Source: Vulcanimicrobiota bacterium (GTDB lineage: Bacteria > Vulcanimicrobiota > Vulcanimicrobiia > Vulcanimicrobiales > Vulcanimicrobiaceae). Taken from it: DNA of 64,000 nt. The stretch lies in assembly GCA_963733295.1 (NCBI GenBank), contig CAVTCS010000003.1, positions 512,001 through 576,000 of the forward strand, written 5' to 3'. The notes beneath the pieces are model-generated. The model ran no database searches. It saw only the letters and a program-made list of their open reading frames with translations, and was not told the DNA's origin. Both the position numbers and the translations under genes were made by a program. Positions 11,020 through 21,404 of this stretch are shown here, one piece after another; position 1 is the stretch's first letter, and the number at the start of each line of letters is the position of its first letter.

Positions 11020-12255
11020 CTAGGCGTAGGGGTCGCGGATGAGTCCGGGCAGCCACTGCCACACCCAGAGCTCCAGCGACGCGAAGCCGATCGACCACAC
11101 GACCAGCGGCACCGCCCACCACTGGGGCGAGCGGCGCACCGCAAAAGCCATCAGCACGAGCATGAACGGAATGAAGTCGAGCGCGTGGCGTGCGCCGAAT
11201 TGCGCTATGCCGGTCGTGTAGTAAACGAAGTTCGGGATCGCGCAGGCCAGCGTCGCGAGCCACATCAGCTGCACGAAGCGCTCGCGAATCGGTGCCGCAA
11301 AGGCCAGTAAGAGCCCGGGGCTCATGTACGTCAGCGCCATTCCCGCGAGCGTCGGTACGATGTACGGTGGCGTATGGACGATGCGCGGCATCTCGGTAAA
11401 GAAGTTTTTGAGCTGCATGGGCAGATAGATCGTGCTGAACGCCGGCGGCGCGAACTTGCCTGGGGCGACCATGACTTTGTAGAACATCGTAAAGCCGACG
11501 TCGACCGGCGTCCCCCACCGAATATAGTCGTAGTACGCCGACGGAAGCGCGAAGGCGAGGCCCACGAGCAGCGCCGGAACCAGGCGACGCGGCGCGACTC
11601 GCAATTGCGGCCAAAGGGCAAGTGCGTAAATCGGCACGGCGAGGAAAAGCGGATAGCGGCAGTAGCACGCGCAGAGAGCCCACAGTGCGACGCGCCAGGG
11701 TGCCGCGGCGCCCAGCAATTCGGCCAGCGTCAACATCGTGAAGGCAAAGCCTCCGACTTGCGCGAGGAACCAAACGTCGCCCGAAGCGGCGCACTGCGCG
11801 AGACTCGTCCCGAAGAGACCGAAGGCGGTGATTCCGGCGGTCCATGCACGCGACGCTCCCGCGAGGCGCGCCGTTCGCCATATGCCGTACGCCGCGATCG
11901 CGCCGAGCGCGATCGACAGCCAGGTCTGGTTGAAGCTGGTTCCCCAGCCCCAAACGAAGGGCACGAGGAGCACGGCCGGCAGCGGTGCCTCGACGATGTA
12001 CGCTTTCCCGTGATACGGCATCGCATCGATCCAGTCGCCCGGAAAATGGATCCAGGCATGACCGTCGAGCCAGGCGTCGGCCAACAGCACGTAGTTGTTG
12101 AAGGGCGTGTTGTCCCCGCGCGACACGACGATCAAAAGCAGCAGCGCGACGAGTGCCGCGACTCCGGCCTGCACGCGCTCGTCGCTCGCGAAGCGCCCGA
12201 GCACGTTGCGCGCGTCGTTCGCGGCGAAGGTTTCGCTTTCGGGGAGGGTGGTCAC
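11020..12255 (-). CDS. Polytopic membrane protein, possibly a GT-C glycosyltransferase
   Basis: Many hydrophobic helices, a loop after TM1 and a QFGARH motif near the C-terminus. Start uncertain (GTG 12255). Confidence 0.6.
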   Translation of the reverse strand: MTTLPESETFAANDARNVLGRFASDERVQAGVAALVALLLLIVVSRGDNTPFNNYVLLADAWLDGHAWIHFPGDWIDAMPYHGKAYIVEAPLPAVLLVPFVWGWGTSFNQTWLSIALGAIAAYGIWRTARLAGASRAWTAGITAFGLFGTSLAQCAASGDVWFLAQVGGFAFTMLTLAELLGAAAPWRVALWALCACYCRYPLFLAVPIYALALWPQLRVAPRRLVPALLVGLAFALPSAYYDYIRWGTPVDVGFTMFYKVMVAPGKFAPPAFSTIYLPMQLKNFFTEMPRIVHTPPYIVPTLAGMALTYMSPGLLLAFAAPIRERFVQLMWLATLACAIPNFVYYTTGIAQFGARHALDFIPFMLVLMAFAVRRSPQWWAVPLVVWSIGFASLELWVWQWLPGLIRDPYA

Positions 12256-12295
12256 GCGGGAGTGATTGGCCGCCGGGGCCGCCAAACCCGACCGG

Positions 12296-13726
12296 ATGAG
12301 CGATCTTCTCCGCCAACTCGCGCGCGCGGCCGGTTGGATCGACGCGTACTATGAGAACCCTCGTCGCTTCCCGGTCCTTTCACGCTCGCTGCCGGGCGAG
12401 TTGAGCGAAGCACTGCCCCCAAGCGCGCCGGAGGAACCCGAACCCTTCGAGCGGATCTTCGCCGATTTCGAGCGGCTGATCGTGCCCGGCATCACGCATT
12501 GGAATCATCCGCGTTTCTTCGCCTATTTTGCGATCAGCAGCGCGCCGATCGCCGTCGTTGCCGAAGCGCTCACCGCGGCCCTCGACGTCAACGCGATGTT
12601 GTGGCGCACGTCGCCCGCGGCGACCGAGCTCGAAGAAGTCGTGTTGGCGTGGCTCCGGGAGTTGCTCGGCTTGCCGGCCGCCTTCAGCGGAATCGTCTAC
12701 GACACCGCCTCGATCTCGGGCTTTACCGCGCTGGCCGCGGCACGTGAGTCGCTGGATCTCGACATCCGGGAACGCGGGATGGCGGGACGTTCGGACTTGC
12801 CGGCGTTGCGCGTCTATCTCACCGAGCATACGCACTCGCACATCGAGAAGGCTGCGCTCGCGCTCGGCGTCGGGCGCGAAAACGTCGTGCGCGTCCCGGT
12901 CGACGAAAACTTCGCGATGTTGCCGGACGAGCTCGACGCCCTGCTGACGAGCGACCTCGCGGCCGGCAGGCGGCCGATGTGCATCGCGGCGACGATCGGC
13001 ACCACGTCGACGACGTCGTCGGATCCCGTACCGGCAATTGCGGAGGTCGCTCGCAAGCACGGCGTATGGCTCCACGTCGATGCCGCGTATGCCGGTCCCG
13101 CGGCCATTCTGCCGGAGTTCCGCTACCTGCTCGACGGCTGCGAGCGGGCCGACTCGCTCGTGGTCAATCCGCACAAATGGATGTTCGTCCCGATCGATTT
13201 TTCGGTGCTCTACGTGCGCGATCCGGAAATCGTGCGCCGCGCTTTCAGCCTCGTCATCGATATCCTGCGAACGCCCGAGAGCGGCGTGCGCAACTACATG
13301 GACTACGGCCTGCAACTCGGCCGCCGCTTTCGCGCTCTGAAGTTTTGGTTCGTGCTCCGCTCCTACGGTGCGCGCGGTATCCGCAAGCGTTTGCGCGAGC
13401 ACATCGCACTCGCTCAAGAGTTTGCCGGCTGGGTCGAGGCTGCGCCCGGCTGGGAAATCCTCGCGCCGCATCCGCTTTCGGTCGTGTGCTTCCGCTACGC
13501 GCCGGCGGGTCTCGATCCGCAAGAAATCGACGCCTGCAACGAGCGTCTGGTCGAGGAGGCAAACGCCGGGGGTGAGATCTTCATTTCCTCGACACGTTTG
13601 GCCGGCCGGACCGCGCTGCGTCTGGCCGTCGGCAACGAACGCACGACGCGCGAGGACGTGCGGTTGGCGTGGGACGTCTTACGCCGCAGCGCCGAGAGCG
13701 CGTTAGCCGGCTTGCGCTTGCGCTGA
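12296..13726 (+). CDS. PLP-dependent aromatic-L-amino-acid decarboxylase family protein
   Basis: THWNHPRFFAYF, SPAATELE, HVDAAY, NPHKW (PLP lysine) and GRRFRALK. Confidence 0.9.
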   Translation: MSDLLRQLARAAGWIDAYYENPRRFPVLSRSLPGELSEALPPSAPEEPEPFERIFADFERLIVPGITHWNHPRFFAYFAISSAPIAVVAEALTAALDVNAMLWRTSPAATELEEVVLAWLRELLGLPAAFSGIVYDTASISGFTALAAARESLDLDIRERGMAGRSDLPALRVYLTEHTHSHIEKAALALGVGRENVVRVPVDENFAMLPDELDALLTSDLAAGRRPMCIAATIGTTSTTSSDPVPAIAEVARKHGVWLHVDAAYAGPAAILPEFRYLLDGCERADSLVVNPHKWMFVPIDFSVLYVRDPEIVRRAFSLVIDILRTPESGVRNYMDYGLQLGRRFRALKFWFVLRSYGARGIRKRLREHIALAQEFAGWVEAAPGWEILAPHPLSVVCFRYAPAGLDPQEIDACNERLVEEANAGGEIFISSTRLAGRTALRLAVGNERTTREDVRLAWDVLRRSAESALAGLRLR

Positions 13727-15139
13727 AGGTGCGGGCAGCTCCGCGAGCTCGCCGGCGCTCGCCGTCGAGATGCGATTGCGTCCCAGGCGCTTGGCCTTGT
13801 ACAGAGCCTGGTCGGCCGACTCGTAAAGTTGTTTGGTCGAAGTCTTCGAACGGCCGTCGTTGACCGCGACGCCGATGCTGACCGTCATCATCGGAGTCGG
13901 CGAGGTCGGGGAGTGCGGAATCTTGAGGCGCAGCACCGCGGCGCGAACGCGCTCGGCGACCGTCAACGCTCCCGGCTCGTCCGTAAAAGGAAGAACGATC
14001 GCGAACTCCTCGCCGCCGATGCGGCAACAGGTATCCTCGTTGCGGTTCGCAACGCTCGAGATCGCGTCGCCGATCCGGCGCAAGGCTTCGTCGCCTGCGA
14101 TGTGACCGTAGTGATCGTTGAAACTCTTGAAGTAGTCGAGGTCGAGCGCGATCAAACCGATCGGTTGCAGCGAGGTGCGGCACTGCTCGAGCGCTTCTTC
14201 GAAGCGGTCGTCGAAGCCGCGCCGGTTGTAGAGACCCGTTAAGGCGTCGCGCAAGGTCTCCTCGATGAGCGTTCGCGCTTGATTCCCGTACGCTTCCATC
14301 TGCTCGTTGGCGTGTTGCAGTTGCGCGGCCAGCAAGAGCCCTTGCCAAACCAGGGCCGCGAGCACCCCCATGTACCAGCCAACCGAAAACGTGTTGCGCG
14401 AGAGCTCGGCGCTCATGTAGATCTCGATGACGAGCGCGATCACCACCACGGCCAGCCACAGATGGATCGTGTCGCGCGCTCCCGAGCGCAAGATGAGCGC
14501 GACGAAAACGATCGCGGCCAGGGCGAGCAGCAAGTGTGCGATCACGTGGAAGAGCGCGGTGTAGCCGCCGTGGGGCGCGACGAGTGCCAGCAGACGGTCG
14601 TGAAAGACGATCGTCGTGATCACGACCGCCTCGGTGACGGCGATGACGAAGACGACGTAGCCTCGAACGAGTCGAGCGGCGAGCTGCGTGTCGACCGGCC
14701 GATACGCGAAGTACCGTTCGGAGAGCGCATAGATCCCAAGCGACAGGACGAACGTGGCGTGCCATTCTACCCAGAGCCAGGCCGCGGTCTGCGGTCCCGT
14801 TCCGAACGAATTGGCCGAGAATGCATGCGGCAGCAGAACGATGTACGCAACGAGAACTGCCGCGCTGGTCGCGTACGTCGCCGAAAGAAAGGCGAACGGC
14901 GCGAAGTGAGTGCCGCGATATTGATTGCGCATGATCGCCGCGGTGACGAGCATCGCGACGAAAGCCGCCGCGAAAGTCGTCGGCAGGAACGCTTCGTATG
15001 CCGGCCAGAGCTTTTGGGCATGCTGGAACGCGACGAACGCCGAGCCTAAAAGGCCCAGCGCAACGAAGAAAGCCCACCACCGTTCGCTCGTGGTAGCGCG
15101 TGCGTACCCGAGATGTTCCGCCGGCCCGGACGCCGTCAT
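13703..15139 (-). CDS. Membrane-anchored diguanylate cyclase (MASE4-like sensor plus GGDEF)
   Basis: About 8 TM helices, then DALTGLYNRR, DLDYFKSFND and RIGGEEF; start taken at MTASGP. Confidence 0.9.
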   Translation of the reverse strand: MTASGPAEHLGYARATTSERWWAFFVALGLLGSAFVAFQHAQKLWPAYEAFLPTTFAAAFVAMLVTAAIMRNQYRGTHFAPFAFLSATYATSAAVLVAYIVLLPHAFSANSFGTGPQTAAWLWVEWHATFVLSLGIYALSERYFAYRPVDTQLAARLVRGYVVFVIAVTEAVVITTIVFHDRLLALVAPHGGYTALFHVIAHLLLALAAIVFVALILRSGARDTIHLWLAVVVIALVIEIYMSAELSRNTFSVGWYMGVLAALVWQGLLLAAQLQHANEQMEAYGNQARTLIEETLRDALTGLYNRRGFDDRFEEALEQCRTSLQPIGLIALDLDYFKSFNDHYGHIAGDEALRRIGDAISSVANRNEDTCCRIGGEEFAIVLPFTDEPGALTVAERVRAAVLRLKIPHSPTSPTPMMTVSIGVAVNDGRSKTSTKQLYESADQALYKAKRLGRNRISTASAGELAELPAPSAQAQAG

Positions 15140-15213
15140 ACACCTATCAATCGGCTGCCCCGGTCCCATCCTCAAGGCCTCAGGCTCGGGTCGTTTGGGG
15201 AACGAGAGAGCGG

Positions 15214-16566
15214 CTAATAGACCCGGAGGTAGGCCTCCCTTTCCCAGGGGTGCACTGCCCGGCGGTACCGCTCGTACTCGGCGGTTTTCGCATCCCGGAA
15301 GGCGTGGTAGATGTGATCCCCGAGCGCGCCCCGCACGACGGCGTCCTTGTCGAGCTCCGCCAGCGCCTGCCGGAGCGATTTTGGGAGGGTGCGAATGCGA
15401 CGTTTCTCGCGCTCCCTCCCGTTCAGGTCGTAGGTCGAACCTTCTAGCGGGTCGCCCGGCAAAGCGTGCGTGTGCAAACCGTGAGCCGCGCTGGCCAGCA
15501 GCACCGCTAGCGCCAAATACGGGTTGCACGAGGGGTCGGCACTGCGCACTTCGATCCGGCCTGCGCCCGACTGCGCCGGTACGCGCACCAGCGCGTTGGC
15601 GCTGCGGTTGGACCAGACCGTATAGATCGGCGCGTCCCACGCGGCGACGAGTCGCTTGTACGAGTTGACCGTCGGATTGCAGATTGCGGTGTAGGCTTGG
15701 GCGTGTTCGAGCAGACCTGCGATCGCAAAGAGCGATTCCTCGCTCAGATCCTCGGACTCGTCGGCGGCGTCGTCGGGAGCGCTCCGCTGCGGGCTGAAGT
15801 AGACGTGCAGTCCGCTTCCCGCCAGCGTTTCGAGAGGTTTGGGCATGAAGGTCGCGTGCAGGCGGTGACGGGCCGCAACGTGTTTGGCGACGGTGCGAAC
15901 CGTGCTCAAGGCATCGGCCGTGGCGAGAACGCCCGCGTCGTTCAAATCGATCTCGTGTTGGCCCGCACCGTGCTCGTGATGCGCGCTGGCGACGGAAATA
16001 CCCATCGCTTCGAGCGCGGTCACGATCTCGATGCGAGCGCCTTCGCCGCGATCGGACTCGTTGATATCGAAGTACGACCCGACGTCCGAGGTCGAAGTCG
16101 TCGGCGCGCCCTCGGAATCGAGCTCGAAGAGGTAGAACTCGACCTCGAGGCCCGTCCGCAGACCGGCGAGCACCTCGCTGGAGTCGTCGATCGCCCGGCG
16201 CAGCGTCGTGCGCGGGCAACCTTCGAACGGTTCGCCGTCGGGCATCGCGATGTCGCAAATCAGACGCGCTTCGACGGCTTGCGTGCCGACCGTCCAGGGG
16301 TACACGGCGAAGGTCGAAAGATCCGGCAGCAGCATCATGTCGGCTTCCTCACCGCGCACGAAGCCGTCGATCGAGCCGCCGTCGAACGTCACTTTGCCTT
16401 CGAGCGCCCGCTCGAGTTCGCCAATCGGAATCGTTACCGTCTTCGAGATCCCGAGGATGTCGACGAACGAGAGGCGCAGGAAGCGTACCTCGCGTTCCTT
16501 CGCTTGGCGCAGTATCTCGCGCTTCGTCAGCGCTTTGCGTTCACCGTTCGTGAGGGTCGAGTGCAT
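15214..16566 (-). CDS. Glutamine synthetase family protein (GSI-alpha-like, altered flap)
   Basis: FDGGSIDGF, GLEVEF, HHE..GQHEI, ATFMPKP, NSYKRL and RIEVRSADPSCNPY. Confidence 0.88.
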   Translation of the reverse strand: MHSTLTNGERKALTKREILRQAKEREVRFLRLSFVDILGISKTVTIPIGELERALEGKVTFDGGSIDGFVRGEEADMMLLPDLSTFAVYPWTVGTQAVEARLICDIAMPDGEPFEGCPRTTLRRAIDDSSEVLAGLRTGLEVEFYLFELDSEGAPTTSTSDVGSYFDINESDRGEGARIEIVTALEAMGISVASAHHEHGAGQHEIDLNDAGVLATADALSTVRTVAKHVAARHRLHATFMPKPLETLAGSGLHVYFSPQRSAPDDAADESEDLSEESLFAIAGLLEHAQAYTAICNPTVNSYKRLVAAWDAPIYTVWSNRSANALVRVPAQSGAGRIEVRSADPSCNPYLALAVLLASAAHGLHTHALPGDPLEGSTYDLNGREREKRRIRTLPKSLRQALAELDKDAVVRGALGDHIYHAFRDAKTAEYERYRRAVHPWEREAYLRVY

Positions 16567-17755
16567 CGATCGCCATCGCTGTCCTTAAGGTAAGTTGGTC
16601 GTGGGCACTGTCGAGGTCGTGGCCGCTGATCTCCGAGATTTGACGTAACCGGTAGAACACGGTGTGGCGGTGAACCGAAAGCTCCGCAGCCGCGGTCTTC
16701 ACGTTCTGGCCGACGTCAAAGTACAGCCGCAACGTCCTGATCAGCTCGGTTTGGTGCTTCTCGTCGTACGCGCGCAACGGCGCGAGGATGCGCTCGGCAA
16801 AGCCGCGCAGCTCGACCGCGCTCGTGTTGCCGCGTAGCAAGATCGGGTAAACGCCGAGATCTTCGTACGGCATCACGCGCGAACCGCCGAAGAGCCGTCG
16901 CGCGATAAACATCGACTCGCGCGCTTCGTCGACCGTCTTAGCGGCGTCGATCGCCTCGGCAGGGCGTCCCACGCCGCCGACGATTTTCGCGCCGAAGTGG
17001 TTCTTCGTCGCCGCCCGCGCGATCAGCGTCGCGGCGGTGCGCACGTTCTGCGCGTCGACTTCGAGCGGCGCCGGACACAGGAAAACGAATCCGCCGCCGC
17101 GTTCGAGCACCACGATCTCGCCGGATCCCGAGCGAAGCGTCTCGAGGCAGATGCGGCGCAGTTCGGTGCTCTTCGTCGTTGCCGACGCCTCGTCGAGACC
17201 TTCGGCTTCGACCGCAACCGCGACGTAGCCGGCAGCCAGGGTGATGCCGCGGGAAGCGGCATCGTCGCGCGCCTCGATCGGATCGTCGTATGCGCGAGCG
17301 ATGAGCCGGTCCCAGAACGAGCGGCGGCGATTCTTCGCGCCGCCGCCGTCGCGCGACAACTCGACCGCGATCGCTGCTGCTGCCAGCCGCACTGCTCCGG
17401 TCATCGGACCGGCGCCCGGCGCGCTGGGGAAGACGGCAAGCCAGCCCAGCGGCGCATCGCCGCTGCGTATGCGAACGGCAAGACCGTCGGGGGCGTCGCC
17501 CCGGCCCGGCAAGGGTACGGCGGCTTCGCCGGCCTCGCGCCCGGCGGCCGCGATCAGTTCGCGTGCCGAAGGCGGAATCGAGCGCGCGTTCGCGCCTGCC
17601 AGAGCGACGTGGCGCCATTCCGAATCTTCAACGAGGACGGCGGCCGAGAGCGCGCCGGCGACGTGCGCGGCGAGCGCCTTCACGCCGCCGCCCGATGAGG
17701 CGATGCGCGCCAGGCCTTCCGCAAATTCAACGAGTTCGTCGCTCGACAAGACCAT
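16541..17755 (-). CDS. PucR/CdaR family transcriptional regulator
   Basis: C-terminal ELIRTLRLYF...AAELSVHRHTVFYRLRQI helix-turn-helix; its stop overlaps the GS start. Confidence 0.9.
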   Translation of the reverse strand: MVLSSDELVEFAEGLARIASSGGGVKALAAHVAGALSAAVLVEDSEWRHVALAGANARSIPPSARELIAAAGREAGEAAVPLPGRGDAPDGLAVRIRSGDAPLGWLAVFPSAPGAGPMTGAVRLAAAAIAVELSRDGGGAKNRRRSFWDRLIARAYDDPIEARDDAASRGITLAAGYVAVAVEAEGLDEASATTKSTELRRICLETLRSGSGEIVVLERGGGFVFLCPAPLEVDAQNVRTAATLIARAATKNHFGAKIVGGVGRPAEAIDAAKTVDEARESMFIARRLFGGSRVMPYEDLGVYPILLRGNTSAVELRGFAERILAPLRAYDEKHQTELIRTLRLYFDVGQNVKTAAAELSVHRHTVFYRLRQISEISGHDLDSAHDQLTLRTAMAIDALDPHER

Positions 17756-17784
17756 CGGTTCTATCAAGCGAACGGCCCAAGGAC

Positions 17785-18105
17785 ATGCTGAACGCACACT
17801 ACGCCCTGGGCTTCGTCGTCTTTCTGAGCGCGCTCGTCGCGATCGTTTACGCGCCGGTCCGGCGCTACGTGCTCTATCTGCTGGCCCTCCAAATCATTCT
17901 CGGTGGTCTTACCTGGTGGATAGGTGGGGTCGGTCCCCCCACGGTCCACTGGATTCTCGCGATCCTCGTCGGCGGAGTCTATGCCATGGGTTCGGCATTC
18001 GAGCGGCGAGGCCGCCCGCGCGGCATGGTCATGGGCGTTTTCGCCCTCGGTGCGCTCGTGATTGCATACGTCTTCTACCTTGGAATGCACGCGGTAGCGG
18101 GGTGA
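17785..18105 (+). CDS. Small integral membrane protein
   Basis: 106 aa (MLNAHYALGF...), four hydrophobic segments; divergent from PucR. Confidence 0.7.
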   Translation: MLNAHYALGFVVFLSALVAIVYAPVRRYVLYLLALQIILGGLTWWIGGVGPPTVHWILAILVGGVYAMGSAFERRGRPRGMVMGVFALGALVIAYVFYLGMHAVAG

Positions 18106-18143
18106 ACTCCTTTGGCCTGGCGTGACAGGAGTGGCCCGCTCGG

Positions 18144-20078
18144 CTAGAACGCGAAGCGTTGCTCGACGATCAGTGCGGAGCCGGTGAAATTCGGTGAGAG
18201 CGGCGAGGCGGGGTAGGTCGTGATGCCGGCAAAGGTCGTGCGCCGAAAGCTGGCCAGCAGAGAGGCCTGGGGCGACTGCTGTACGATGACGCCCGCGAAG
18301 TAGAGGCGCTGGAAGAAGGCGATCGGTTCGGAGAAAGCGCCGTTCGTGCCGTAGCTTCCGGTGCCCAGGGCCGCGACGACGCTCGGCGAGACGTGCCGGG
18401 AATACGTCAGCACCGCTTGCGGAACGTAGTACGAGACCTGGTCGGTTGGATGCGACGCATAGAACGGGCGGTAGAGCTCGTCATCGACGAGGTCGAGCGT
18501 GAGATCGCCGAACGAGGGGTGCCAGGCGATCCAGCCCGCGTAGCGTTTCTGCGTGCCGAGCGTCGCGAAACCGTCTTGTTGCGGCAAGTAATATCCGTCG
18601 ACGAAACCAGCTTGCGTCGACGTGGAAACCGTTTCTTCGTCGATCTGCCGCAGGTAGGTGTACTCGAGGTGCACTTCCAGCGGACCCTTATCAACGTAAT
18701 AGCGGAAGCGGAAGCCTTGGCGGTTCGCGCCGAGGACCGTGTTGTCGATCATCTGGTAGTTCGATTTCAGCCATTGGCCCGGCCATGCGAACGCGGTGCT
18801 CCATTGATTCTCGGGCGCACCGTACGGAAGGATGATGGTCGCATAGCGCGGTTCCATGCGGTACAAATCGAGCGACGCGGTGACCCGGCCTTGCGTTTTC
18901 GTGACTCCGGCGTGGTAGTATCCGCCGGGCGCTTCGGTTCCAGGACGTACGACCGGAGAGGCTTCGTACCACGATCGGCCGATCTCGAGGATGCCGTCCA
19001 CGTTCCAACCCGTATCGAGGTGGAACATGCCGCGCAGACCGGCTACCGTTTCCTGCTGACCGCTCAGCGTGCTGCTTGGCAACGTGCCCTGCGGGGTCTG
19101 CTCGAACTTCGGATCGGTGCCGAAGGGAACGGTCGTGACGAACGGCGTCCCGCCTGTCGTGATGTGCGCGACCTGCGCCGAAAAACGCGTGCCTTCGCCG
19201 TGATCCATGACGAACGAGCCCATCGTCAAGATTGCCGAGTCGCCCGGCAGCGAGGGAAGCGCCGCGTTCGAGAGTTCGAGCGTGTCGATGCTTCGCTTTG
19301 CGACGACGTCGACGCCAACGAGCGGAAGCGCCGTCGCGTACGGCTGCCACACGCCGCTCCCCGCTAAGCCGCTCGACAGGGATTCGGCGGGCGCATACGC
19401 GATCGCGGGATTGACGTTGGTCAGAGCGGGTTGTGCGAAGACGAAGCGGTCCGTTTGCGCGAGATCGAACCAGCCGCCGCGAACCTTCAGATTCCCGTCG
19501 GCCGTTGCAACGCTTCCGGAAAGCACCGAGAGCTTGAGCGCGGTGCCGTCGTCTTGGCCGGCGTGCGTCGGAAACGCGATCTTGTAGCCGAGAGCCGCGG
19601 AGCCAACGTGCGGGTTGATCGTCGGCATGAGGTTCTCAGTCCAATAAGCAGCGTTGTTCGTGCTGCCGTTCACGTACTCGAGGCCCGCAGTTGCACTGAG
19701 GTCGAACTTCGGCAATCCGTAATTCGCGGTCGAAATGATGCTGCCGATCCCGGCGACGCCGGGGACGTCGGGCGCGCTCGAAAAGAGATCGTAGGGTGTA
19801 TTCGGCGCGAGCGCCGCGCCCTGGATGAAGCCCTGCGCTTCCGGTCCGACCTGTCCTTCGCCGGCCGTACTTTGGTCGACGAGCGAGGCGTAGGCTTGCG
19901 TCGCAAAGCGCAGCCCGAGGGCGCGCGGCGTCGCCGTCGGCTGCGCCGAGGCCGAAGGCGCCGGTGAGGGCGACGACGCGGAAGGTTGCGGCGAAGTCTG
20001 CGCCTGCACCGCGCGCGGAGCCGTCACGAGCGCGACGCCCGCCGCAAATGCGAGCGCGGACAACGCGCGGCTCGTCAT
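18144..20078 (-). CDS. Uncharacterised exported protein, probable outer-membrane beta-barrel
   Basis: Signal peptide, Pro/Ser linker, amphipathic aromatic-rich strands and C-terminal EQRFAF (terminal Phe); starts 6 nt after the Nramp stop. Confidence 0.72.
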   Translation of the reverse strand: MTSRALSALAFAAGVALVTAPRAVQAQTSPQPSASSPSPAPSASAQPTATPRALGLRFATQAYASLVDQSTAGEGQVGPEAQGFIQGAALAPNTPYDLFSSAPDVPGVAGIGSIISTANYGLPKFDLSATAGLEYVNGSTNNAAYWTENLMPTINPHVGSAALGYKIAFPTHAGQDDGTALKLSVLSGSVATADGNLKVRGGWFDLAQTDRFVFAQPALTNVNPAIAYAPAESLSSGLAGSGVWQPYATALPLVGVDVVAKRSIDTLELSNAALPSLPGDSAILTMGSFVMDHGEGTRFSAQVAHITTGGTPFVTTVPFGTDPKFEQTPQGTLPSSTLSGQQETVAGLRGMFHLDTGWNVDGILEIGRSWYEASPVVRPGTEAPGGYYHAGVTKTQGRVTASLDLYRMEPRYATIILPYGAPENQWSTAFAWPGQWLKSNYQMIDNTVLGANRQGFRFRYYVDKGPLEVHLEYTYLRQIDEETVSTSTQAGFVDGYYLPQQDGFATLGTQKRYAGWIAWHPSFGDLTLDLVDDELYRPFYASHPTDQVSYYVPQAVLTYSRHVSPSVVAALGTGSYGTNGAFSEPIAFFQRLYFAGVIVQQSPQASLLASFRRTTFAGITTYPASPLSPNFTGSALIVEQRFAF

Positions 20079-20084
20079 GTCCGG

Positions 20085-21404
20085 TCAGCTCCCTCCGCTT
20101 TGAATCTGCTGAACGGTGTAGAAGAGGGCCAGCGCGCCGACGACGATGACGGTAGTCCAGCCGACGACGTTGGCCGCGGGCGAGTTGCGGTGCAGTCCCA
20201 TGACGCGAAAGCGGTTGATGATGATCAGCATCAACACGAGTTCGAAGGGTAGCAGCAAGCCTTGGAGCACCTGAGAGTAGAAGGCGATCTTCAAGAGTGG
20301 AACGCCCGGGATCAAGACGAGCGCGGCTCCGATGACGAGTCCGGCAAAGAAGAGACTGAAGAAGACCGGCGCTTCGCTGAACTTGCGGCTGACCGATGCT
20401 TCGAATCCCATCGCTTCGCAGATGAGATACGCCGTGGATAGCGGCAAGATCGTTGCCGTGAAGAGCCCCGCATTTAAGATTCCAAACGCGAAGAGCGTCT
20501 CGGCGAAGCGTCCCGCGAGCGGTTCGAGGGCCTTCGCGACGTCGGCTGCCTGGACGATCACGATTTGGTGCTGCGGGTGAGCCTCGTTGAAGACGAAGAT
20601 CGTCGCCGCGTTGGCGATGATCATGAACGCGGCGACGATGATGCCGAGGATCGAGCCGTTGATCACGTCGATTCGCGTGCCGAGCAGGCCGCCGGGACGC
20701 GCGCCCTGTTCGACGACCGCAGTCTGAAGATAGAATTGCATGTAGGGTGAGATCGTCGTACCGATCAGGGCGACGATCATTCCGATGTACGCCGGATCTT
20801 TCAGATCGAGACTCGGCACGAGCGAGCCGCGAACCACTGCGCCCCAGTTCGGGTGGGCTTCGATTCCCGAAATGATGTACGTGACGTAGATCAGCGACAA
20901 GACGACGAAGGTGCGTTCGACGATCTTGTCATTGAATCTCAGGACGAACAGAAAAACGAGAATCAGAGCCAACGGAACGGCGACGTAGCGCGAGAGATGG
21001 AAAATCTCGGAAGCCGACGCGATCCCGGCGAATTCGGCCGACGTCGTAAACGTATTCATAACGAACAGTCCGAGCATCGTAACGAGTGCGATGCGGACGC
21101 CGAATTCCTCGCGGATGAGCGCCGAAAGGCCTTTACCCGAAACCACGCCCATCCGGGCCGCCATCTCCTGGACGACGATCAGCGCGATCGTGATCGGGAT
21201 GAGGGTCCAGAGGATGCGATAGCCGAACTGCGCGCCCGCCAGCGAGTAGGTGGCGATGCCGCCGACGTCGTTGCCCGCCGACGCCGTAATGAACCCCGGG
21301 CCTAGGACGCCGACGATCAGCAAGACCGTCCGAACAAAGCGCGAGCGGCGCGCTGGAGCGGGCCGCTCGACGGGTTCTCCGAGGACCTCGCTAGCCGGCA
21401 GCAA
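20085..21404 (-). CDS. Nramp-related divalent cation (probably Mg2+) transporter
   Basis: GPGFITASAGNDVGG (no canonical DPGN), QEMAARMG and TM6 GTTISPYMQFY. Start inferred at a TTG overlapping the upstream stop. Confidence 0.87.
   Translation of the reverse strand: MLPASEVLGEPVERPAPARRSRFVRTVLLIVGVLGPGFITASAGNDVGGIATYSLAGAQFGYRILWTLIPITIALIVVQEMAARMGVVSGKGLSALIREEFGVRIALVTMLGLFVMNTFTTSAEFAGIASASEIFHLSRYVAVPLALILVFLFVLRFNDKIVERTFVVLSLIYVTYIISGIEAHPNWGAVVRGSLVPSLDLKDPAYIGMIVALIGTTISPYMQFYLQTAVVEQGARPGGLLGTRIDVINGSILGIIVAAFMIIANAATIFVFNEAHPQHQIVIVQAADVAKALEPLAGRFAETLFAFGILNAGLFTATILPLSTAYLICEAMGFEASVSRKFSEAPVFFSLFFAGLVIGAALVLIPGVPLLKIAFYSQVLQGLLLPFELVLMLIIINRFRVMGLHRNSPAANVVGWTTVIVVGALALFYTVQQIQSGGS

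Noticed and set aside
13703..16258. 851-aa version of the GGDEF protein (likewise the 779-aa fumC)
   Set aside because: The N-terminal extensions overlap other genes and are low-complexity; real starts are near 15139 and 7118.
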